Shown: piece by piece, positions 56,567 through 64,000 of the stretch | Numbering within the stretch: the stretch's first letter is position 1 | Layout of the letters: the number at the start of each line of letters is the position of its first letter | NCBI GenBank assembly: GCA_963714015.1 | Contig: OY970223.1 | Location: 2,304,001-2,368,000 of the forward strand | DNA length: 64,000 nucleotides | DNA from: Vulcanimicrobiota bacterium | Lineage (GTDB): Bacteria; Vulcanimicrobiota; Vulcanimicrobiia; Vulcanimicrobiales; Vulcanimicrobiaceae | Direction: 5' to 3' | Translations under genes and position numbers: made by a program | The notes under the pieces: generated by a model | The model's input: only the letters and a program-made list of their open reading frames with translations | Database searches by the model: none | What the model was told of the DNA's origin: nothing

Positions 56567-58235
56567 TTATTTCATGCTGAGCGGCCGGTAACGGATCCGG
56601 TGCGGACGGGCGGCTTCCTCGCCCAGCCGCGATACTTTATTTTCCTCGTACTCGCGATAATTGCCCTCGAAGAAGAAGACCTGCGAGTCCCCTTCGAACG
56701 CCATGATGTGCGTGGCGATGCGATCGAGGAACCAGCGGTCGTGACTGACCACCATTACGGTTCCGGCGAACTCGCCGAGCGCGTCTTCGAGCGCCCGCAG
56801 CGTCTCCACGTCCAGATCGTTCGAGGGTTCGTCGAGCAAAAGCACGTTCGCACCGCTGACCAGAGTCTTTGCCAAATGCAGCCGCGCCCGCTCGCCGCCG
56901 GAGAGCGTACCGACGAGCTTCTGCTGATCCGCCCCCTTGAAATTAAAACGTCCAAGATATGCGCGGGTAGGCATCTCGAATTTACCGGCAGCGATGACGT
57001 CTAGACCCCCGTTGACGTCTTCGAAGACGGTTTTCTCGTCGTGCAGCGCCTCACGGGACTGATCGACGATACCCAGCTTGACACTGGAACCGATGACGAT
57101 CGTGCCCGAGTCGGGTTGTTCTTTTCCCGCAATCATCCGGAACAGCGTCGTCTTTCCGGCGCCGTTGGGCCCGATGATTCCGACGATTGCGCCGGCCGGA
57201 ACGACGAAGCCGACGTCGTCCATCAATAGCCGGTCGCCGTAGCCTTTACTCACGTGCTCGAACGTAATGACCTGATTGCCCAAGCGTTCCGGCAGGGGAA
57301 TAAAGAGCTCGCGCGTCTCGTTACGGCGCTGATATTCGTACGTTGAGAGCTCGTCGAAACGTGAGATGCGGCTCTTGTTCTTGGTACCGCGGCCTTTGAC
57401 GCCCGAGCGGATCCATTCCAGTTCGCGCTGGAGCGTCTTGCGGCGAGCGTTTTCTGCGGCCTCCTCGCGTGCTAGGCGTTGTTCCTTTTGATCGAGCCAG
57501 GAACTGTAATTGCCCTTCCACGGAATACCGCGACCGCGATCCAATTCGAGTATCCATTCGGCGGCGTCCTCGAGAAAGTAACGATCGTGCGTTACGGCGA
57601 CGACGGTTCCGGGAAAGCGCTGCAGAAACTGTTCGAGCCACTCGACGCTCTCCGCGTCCAAATGATTTGTCGGTTCGTCCAGCAGCAGCATGTCCGGTTT
57701 CGAGAGCAGCAGCCGGCAAAGCGCGACGCGGCGCTTCTCGCCGCCCGAAAGCGGCCCGACTCGCGCATCCCACGGCGGCAAGCGAAGCGCATCGGCTGCC
57801 ATCTCGAGTCTGCTGATCCAAACTCTCGGCGTCAGCGGCGAAGAGCTGCGCTTCGAGAGCCGCCTGCTCTTCGGCGAGTTTGTCGAAATCGGCATCGGGA
57901 TCGCCGTAGGCGGCGTAGACAATTTCTAAACGATCACGCGCGGAAAGGACGTTACCGAAAGCTTCCTCGACCGTTTCGCGAACGCTCTTGCCGGGATCCA
58001 GCGGCGGCTCTTGCGGCAGGTATCCGATCTTCAGGTTTGGCGCAGGGATCGCTTCGCCTTCGATTTCAGTATCCGCGCCCGCCATGATTTTGAGCAGCGA
58101 TGACTTGCCTGCGCCGTTCAACCCCAAAATGCCGATCTTTGCGCCCGGAAAAAAACTGAGCGAGATGTCTTTGAGTATTTGCCGCTTCGGCGGAACGATT
58201 TTGCCGACGCGGATCATCGTGTAGACGTATTCCAC
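56567..58235 (-). CDS. ettA: ABC-F translational throttle EttA, frameshift near 57809
   Basis: [44 protein letters not shown], second ABC domain. Confidence 0.93.
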
Positions 58236-58320
58236 GAGCGCGGCTTTCGGCCAGCCGGGTGTGAGCGCCTGGCTGCACGCAAAAGGTTATCGTGCAGCGG
58301 TTCGCGCAACGCCCCGACTA

Positions 58321-59670
58321 ATGAAAGTCAACGCGATCCGGGCGCTCGTTGGGCTGCCGCTCGCGCTGCTTGTTGCGGCGCAGGCAGACGCTAAGCCGAT
58401 TAATCTTCATCAGCGGGCCGAAGTGGAATACGTCGAAGGATTGCGGTCGCACATCAAGCACGTCGTCGTGATCATCCAAGAAAACCGCAGCGTCGACAAC
58501 TTCTTTCACGGATTTCCAGGTGCCGATACGGTCGATGAAGGCATGAGCCATAACGGTCCGGTTCCGTTGCACCCCGTTAATCTCGACACTCCGGTCGACG
58601 TCGATCATCAGCACAAAGCGTGGGTCCAGGAGTACGACGACGGCCGCATGGACGGTTGGGACACGGTCGACACGCTGCCGCGCCAAGATCCGGATTTTCC
58701 GTACGCCTACGTTCCGCGCGATCAGCTCGAGCCTTATTGGGACATGGCGCTGCAGTATACGTTCGCCGATCGAATGTTTCAGTCGAATACCGGTCCTACG
58801 TTTCCGGCCCATCTGTATCTCATTTCCGGACAGTCGGACTGGACGTCGAACAATCCGAATCACATGGAGACCACGCAGTACGCGTGGGGTTGCGACTCGC
58901 CGCTCGACGCTCGCGTGAGCTGGATCGACGCCGACGGTCATGAGGTCTCGCCCGGCATCTACCCTTGTTTGAATTTTCCCACGCTTGCCGACATGGCGAT
59001 GTCGCAGGGCGTCACGTGGAGTTATTATGCCCCCGGATTGGACGATCTCGGAAACATCTGGTCGGCGTTCGACGCGATCCGCCACATCAGGTATTCGAAG
59101 TACTGGGGCAATGTAATCTCGCCCGAAACCACGGTCCTCAAAGACGCGGCGCGCGCGAATCTGTCCAATCTGGTTTGGGTCGTGCCCAACGCGCAGAATT
59201 CGGACCATCCGTTTCCGACGCAGCTCACCGGGCGCGATCTCACCGTTACGGGGGCCTATGGACCGGAATGGGTCGCGTCGGTGGTCAACGCTATCGGCAA
59301 GAGCCCGCTTTGGCGCTCGACCGCGATCATCGTGCTGTGGGACGATTGGGGCGGCTGGTACGATCACGTCGTGCCGCCGCAGCTCGACCGCATGGGATTG
59401 GGCTTTCGCGTACCCATGATCGTAATCTCGCCGTGGGCGAAGCGGCATTACGTATCACACGTCCGGCACGAATTCGGAAGCATCCTGCGCTTCGAGGAGC
59501 TGACGTTCGATCTGCCCTCGCTGCATACGACGGACGACCGTTCCGATGCCCTGCGCGACTGCTTCGACTTCGATCAAGCGCCGGAGCCTTTTCGTCAAAT
59601 TCCAACGATGCGGCAGGCGGCCTTCTTCGAAAACCAGCTGGTCTACGGACCTCCGGACACTGATTACTAG
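58321..59670 (+). CDS. Secreted phosphoesterase / phospholipase C family protein
   Basis: [40 protein letters not shown]. Confidence 0.92.
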   Translation: MKVNAIRALVGLPLALLVAAQADAKPINLHQRAEVEYVEGLRSHIKHVVVIIQENRSVDNFFHGFPGADTVDEGMSHNGPVPLHPVNLDTPVDVDHQHKAWVQEYDDGRMDGWDTVDTLPRQDPDFPYAYVPRDQLEPYWDMALQYTFADRMFQSNTGPTFPAHLYLISGQSDWTSNNPNHMETTQYAWGCDSPLDARVSWIDADGHEVSPGIYPCLNFPTLADMAMSQGVTWSYYAPGLDDLGNIWSAFDAIRHIRYSKYWGNVISPETTVLKDAARANLSNLVWVVPNAQNSDHPFPTQLTGRDLTVTGAYGPEWVASVVNAIGKSPLWRSTAIIVLWDDWGGWYDHVVPPQLDRMGLGFRVPMIVISPWAKRHYVSHVRHEFGSILRFEELTFDLPSLHTTDDRSDALRDCFDFDQAPEPFRQIPTMRQAAFFENQLVYGPPDTDY

Positions 59671-59676
59671 CGTTCC

Positions 59677-60921
59677 TCAATCGCGTGAGTCGCGGATGAC
59701 CTCGAGCGGCACTGCAATAACGGTGCCGCCGCGACTGCCGATGATCAACGTCTGTCCGTCGACCACCGGCGAACCGACGTTGAACGGCGTGCCTTCGTCG
59801 ACGTCGCCGATTACCGCGCCGGTGCGCGCATTCAGCGCCCACAAATATCCGCCTAAATCGCCGAAGTAGATCGTTCCGTCGACGTCGACGATGCCTCCGA
59901 GGATCTCGCCGTGCGTTTGCGTCTTCCAGAGCAGCGATCCAGTGCCGGCGTCCAGCGCGTGCATGTACGGCGCGACTGAACTGCCGCAGTACATAATGCC
60001 GTACTCGAGCAGCGGAATCGCGGCTTCGTTGCGGCGAGGCAGCGAGCCCCGCTCCAAGTAGGTGTCCCACAATCGTTTTCCATTGAGCGGATCGATGCCG
60101 AACGCGCGCTCTACCGAAAAGCGATCGCTTTGGCTGGGGACGGATGCGTACGGCGGCGCGGCGTAGTCGCAGAAAACGGCGCGGTCGTCACCCACCGCCG
60201 GACAATCGCCGAAGCCTGAAGCGATCGGCGAGAACAACACTTTGTGCACGACCGATCCGTCTTTCGCATTGATGACCCAAAGCGCGTTCGTGTCCACGCC
60301 GAGGGTGACGAAGCGTCCCTCGCCGATCGGCAGCGCGGCCGTCATCGAGGCGATAGAATGCAGGTCGCGCGAATACAGCACGCGCCCGCTCTGCGGATCG
60401 ACGCCGTAGATGCTGCCCGCGCCGTTGTGATGTACCAGCACGCCGTCGATAATCGCGCCGGTCGGCATGCCGCTTCCCGGCAGGGGAACGCGCCAGCGCA
60501 GCGCGCCGGTGTGCCGATCGAAACCCAGCAGCGCGTTGTCCGTGCTCCCGACATGGATGGGATGCGACGGAGTCGACGCCGACGGGCTGGTTTCGTCACC
60601 CTCGCCTTCGATGACCAAGTCGCCGTCGACGAGCGGCGCCGACATGAGCGGCTTGGAAACGTGCGCGGTCCAATGAATCCGCCCGTTCTTTGGATCCATT
60701 GCGAATAGATTGCCGGCGTTGTCGCCGGCGTACAGCACGCCGTCGACGATCGTCGGGCTCGAGGAGAGGGCTGCGCCGGTATGCGTGCGCCACGAAACGT
60801 CCAAGGTTCCCCTCAGCACTGCATTGTTGCTATTGTGAAGACGGAACTGCAGCCAGGAACCGGCCGGCGTCGCGGGCGCCGCCGCAACGAGCGTCAGCGC
60901 GGCAAGAAGAACAGCGCGCAC
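59677..60921 (-). CDS. Secreted PQQ-like beta-propeller repeat protein
   Basis: Signal peptide; repeated A-x-D-x2-TG-x3-W motifs. Confidence 0.88.
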   Translation of the reverse strand: MRAVLLAALTLVAAAPATPAGSWLQFRLHNSNNAVLRGTLDVSWRTHTGAALSSSPTIVDGVLYAGDNAGNLFAMDPKNGRIHWTAHVSKPLMSAPLVDGDLVIEGEGDETSPSASTPSHPIHVGSTDNALLGFDRHTGALRWRVPLPGSGMPTGAIIDGVLVHHNGAGSIYGVDPQSGRVLYSRDLHSIASMTAALPIGEGRFVTLGVDTNALWVINAKDGSVVHKVLFSPIASGFGDCPAVGDDRAVFCDYAAPPYASVPSQSDRFSVERAFGIDPLNGKRLWDTYLERGSLPRRNEAAIPLLEYGIMYCGSSVAPYMHALDAGTGSLLWKTQTHGEILGGIVDVDGTIYFGDLGGYLWALNARTGAVIGDVDEGTPFNVGSPVVDGQTLIIGSRGGTVIAVPLEVIRDSRD

Positions 60922-60952
60922 GAAGTTCTGCTACCCGCTTGGCCGCGGCATT

Positions 60953-61582
60953 TCACCAGACGTGACGGGAAATCAGGAAAGGCAAATAGCGAACGACGAG
61001 CGCGCAGACCAAACAAAGCCAGGCCCCGCCGAGCAGTGTTCCGCCGGCGACGTCGGTCAGATAATGCGCCCCGAGCGCAAGTCTCGACCACATAATCCCG
61101 AGCGCCCAACATACGAACCATGCAATCAGAACAGCCTTAACCGGGACTGAAAGTCCGGCGTATGCCGCGACCAAGGCCCAGCCGATGAAGAATACTACGG
61201 CGGTTGACGAGTGCCCGCTGGGATAGGAATGTCCCGCGTCCAGCCCCACAATCCAATAATCCGGCCGCACTCGCGCGAAGACCGCTTTGAAAAGTTCGGC
61301 CGCACCTTGGCAACCGAGCTGCGAGAGCGCCATAGCGGCCGGAATCCACAACGGCTTGTGCAGCAAGAAGAAGACCGCGAAGGCGATAATCACGGCCACC
61401 GTGAGGGCGCGGGAGCGGCCGCTGATCGTAAACACGCGTGCGATCCCGGTCGCATGCGCGCGCAGCCGTCTCGACAACACGTCCAAACGTCCCGGAGAAC
61501 GGTGCGCAACCCGCGCGCCCAGTGCTAAGAACATTGCGAAAAGTACCGCGGCCGCCACGAACAGTTGCGTGGGTGTGGTCAT
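60953..61582 (-). CDS. PAP2 family phosphatase
   Basis: KAVFARVRP, YPSGH, SRLALGAHYLTDV. Confidence 0.93.
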   Translation of the reverse strand: MTTPTQLFVAAAVLFAMFLALGARVAHRSPGRLDVLSRRLRAHATGIARVFTISGRSRALTVAVIIAFAVFFLLHKPLWIPAAMALSQLGCQGAAELFKAVFARVRPDYWIVGLDAGHSYPSGHSSTAVVFFIGWALVAAYAGLSVPVKAVLIAWFVCWALGIMWSRLALGAHYLTDVAGGTLLGGAWLCLVCALVVRYLPFLISRHVW

Positions 61583-62469
61583 GTGAGCGGGTGAAAGTCT
61601 TGCGGAACGAGCACGCGCAGGGCCCGAGGGAGTACTTTGAATTTCGCCGGCGTCTTGCCCAAAGCGTGACCGTCGATGTTGAGCGGCTGCCGAGGCTTGG
61701 TTTTGATAGTAATTTTCGGGGCTGAGAAGTAGTGCGCCGTTTCGAGTTTCGTATGCTCCCCTCGCAGCAGCGCGGCATTCGTCTCGAGGGCGTCAAACAG
61801 CGTTTTACCGGCCGCCGCGAAAAACGCGAGATCGCCCGTGCGCAGCGTCGCCTGCGGTGTGAGCGGCTGCCAGCCGAAGTATCTTCCGCTGGCTACGATT
61901 GCCTGATGCGTCGTAATCGTCAAGCGGTTGTGCTTCCACTTTACGTGCATTTCGAACGGCCGGTCGCGCAAGAACGAGTCGATTGCGGCAACGCCGTAGG
62001 CAATGGGACCGATGAGTTTTTTCAAACCCTTCGGCGTCTTGTTTGCAGCATCGGCGATGATGCCGACGGTTGCGAAATTCGCAAAGCGCGTGCCGTTGAC
62101 GACGCCGACGTCGACGCGGATCTCTTTGCCGTGCACGATTGTTTCGATCGCCGCTTCGACGTCATCCTTGATCCCCAAACTGAACGCGAAGCTGTTCCCC
62201 GTACCCGCCGGCACGACCGCAAGCGCGCTCTTCGATTTTGCCAGCACGTCGACCGCTGCCGTTTGCGTGCCGTCTCCGCCGATCACGACGATGCACTCCG
62301 TGCCGGAGGCCACGGCTTGGCGCAAACGCGCGCAAAGCTCCTTCCTGCGGCGAACGATGTGAACTTCCTCAATTTTTACATTGCGTCGGGGAAGTTCGTC
62401 GGCCAGACGTTTGTAATATGCAAGTCCGTTTCGCGAACCCAGGCGGCAAACAATCGTTACTCTTCGCAC
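61579..62469 (-). CDS. YegS/BmrU diacylglycerol kinase family protein
   Basis: GGDGT, PAGTGNSFA, DVGVVNG, NIDG; GTG 62469 taken as start. Confidence 0.9.
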   Translation of the reverse strand: MRRVTIVCRLGSRNGLAYYKRLADELPRRNVKIEEVHIVRRRKELCARLRQAVASGTECIVVIGGDGTQTAAVDVLAKSKSALAVVPAGTGNSFAFSLGIKDDVEAAIETIVHGKEIRVDVGVVNGTRFANFATVGIIADAANKTPKGLKKLIGPIAYGVAAIDSFLRDRPFEMHVKWKHNRLTITTHQAIVASGRYFGWQPLTPQATLRTGDLAFFAAAGKTLFDALETNAALLRGEHTKLETAHYFSAPKITIKTKPRQPLNIDGHALGKTPAKFKVLPRALRVLVPQDFHPLT

Positions 62470-62649
62470 GTAAGGGTCATTCCACGAACCGGCCCAAATT
62501 ACACGAAAAATAGACATTAAGAGAACGTTTCCGGTTTGTGTTCGACATATTGACACGTGTGGTAAAACGGTGATTGTCGGCTTGGAATGGGCGCGCATGC
62601 TTTATCAGGCCGCCGCATTATTATTCTTCGATCTCACAAAGGACTGGGT

Positions 62650-64000
62650 GTGTTCGCAACGGACGGCAACGCAATTTCCAACACGGACTTATCGGGCATC
62701 GTGTTAGAGCCCGATGCTCTTCGGCGTATCCCGCGTTCCCTCGCGCTGGGGCACGACATTCTCTCCTTGGCCAGCGACGGGAACCAAATTACCATCGCGC
62801 TTCCCGACGGCGCGGCCGGCGATGCCATCGATCGCGTCCGCTTGGCGACGGGAATGCACGTCAAGGCACTCACTGCTTCCCGCGAAGTTATCCGCGCTAA
62901 ACTGCAGGCTGCGTATTCGCCGGATGCTTCACAGCCGGCATTCCGGGAAACGGCGAGCTCGGTCGAAGCGCCCGCGGTTCGAGAGCTGGACGCCGTGCTG
63001 CAATCGGCGCTGGCGGCCGGGGCATCCGACGTGCACATCGAACCGGTCCGCGGCGGCGGCCGGATTCGGCGCCGCGTGGACGGCATGCTTCACGAATGCA
63101 AGACGCTCCCACCGGAACTCTATAATCAGCTCGTATCGCGCATCAAACTGCTGGCCGGCATGGACATCGCGGATCGGCGTCAACCCCAAGACGGACGCTA
63201 TGCCGTCGAAGTACCCGGCGGCACGGTCGACGCGCGCATCAGCTCGATGCCGACTACGCTGGGCGAGAAGATCGTCGTGCGGCTGCTCGATCATTCGAAG
63301 ACGATTCCCACCATCGAGCAGCTCGGCGTGCCCGAGCGTTACTTGCAGCGGTTCCGCCGCCTCGTTCAGGCGCCGCACGGATTCATCGTCGTAACCGGTC
63401 CCACGGGCAGCGGAAAGACGACGACGCTTTATTCCGCGATGTCGGAGCGCGACATCACGACGGAGAACCTCTGCAGCGTCGAAGATCCCGTCGAAGTGTC
63501 GATACCCGGCGTTGCTCAGGTTCAGATCAATGCCCGAGCCGGCGTGACCTTCGCATCGGCGGTACGCGCGTTTCTACGTCAGGACCCAAACGTCATCATG
63601 GTAGGCGAGATGCGGGACGTCGAAACGGCAGCGGTCGCCTCCGCAGCAGCTCTGAGCGGGCAGCTCGTAATGACGACGCTGCACAGCAACGATGCGCCTA
63701 CGGCGATCGATCGCCTAGCGGAGCTCGGCGTGGCGCGGCATACTTTGGCATCCGGCCTCACACTGGTCTTGGCGCAGCGATTGCTGCGGGTGCTCTGCGT
63801 CCATTGCCGCGTACCTTTTACCGTGGGAGACCGGCTCGCCAAAGCTTTTTCAACAGAGGCCGGGCTCAGGGCTTATCGCAGTGAGGGATGCAGCCGATGC
63901 TCGGGCACCGGCTATTCGGGCCGGACCGCGATATTCGAGTGCATCTTCGTCGACGCCGAAATTCGAGAAATGATTGCGCGCGGCGACTCCAGCGTGGCCA
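62650..64000 (+). CDS. GspE/PulE/PilB secretion ATPase, runs off the window
   Basis: Frame 1: ASDVHIEP, PQDGR, GPTGSGKTTT, VEDPVE, LRQDPNVIMVGEMRD, CxxC...CxxC. Confidence 0.95.
   Translation, partial: MFATDGNAISNTDLSGIVLEPDALRRIPRSLALGHDILSLASDGNQITIALPDGAAGDAIDRVRLATGMHVKALTASREVIRAKLQAAYSPDASQPAFRETASSVEAPAVRELDAVLQSALAAGASDVHIEPVRGGGRIRRRVDGMLHECKTLPPELYNQLVSRIKLLAGMDIADRRQPQDGRYAVEVPGGTVDARISSMPTTLGEKIVVRLLDHSKTIPTIEQLGVPERYLQRFRRLVQAPHGFIVVTGPTGSGKTTTLYSAMSERDITTENLCSVEDPVEVSIPGVAQVQINARAGVTFASAVRAFLRQDPNVIMVGEMRDVETAAVASAAALSGQLVMTTLHSNDAPTAIDRLAELGVARHTLASGLTLVLAQRLLRVLCVHCRVPFTVGDRLAKAFSTEAGLRAYRSEGCSRCSGTGYSGRTAIFECIFVDAEIREMIARGDSSVA

Overview
GC-rich bacterial chromosomal window. 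The 16S sequence and gene content look Eremiobacterota/Vulcanimicrobiota (WPS-2)-like; this is my impression, not a database result. Most of it is housekeeping: the end of the trp operon (trpF-B-A), pruA, an RlmI-type methyltransferase, a complete 16S-23S-5S operon, PPi-type PFK, pckA, sdhAB with a CCG-domain subunit, dnaE, ftsQ, a glycogen/trehalose block (treZ-glgB-glgX-malQ-GMPP/PMM), an MCP, ftsA-ftsZ, ettA and a truncated GspE/PilB ATPase. The main points of interest are: (1) a 23S gene with three insertions, namely a hairpin-bounded IVS near E. coli position 1415 and ORF-less group I introns at L1931 and L2500; (2) an unannotated small basic ORF (27268-27492) with a terminator-like hairpin inside its coding region, the architecture of ArfA/BrfA-type ribosome rescue factors; (3) tandem NrdR-like boxes upstream of ftsAZ; (4) a 197-bp nested palindromic element after dnaE; (5) a tandem pair of Cys-rich secreted paralogues of unknown family. 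About nine single-base frameshifts in otherwise intact genes suggest assembly indel errors. I found no CRISPR array, tRNA or transposase.
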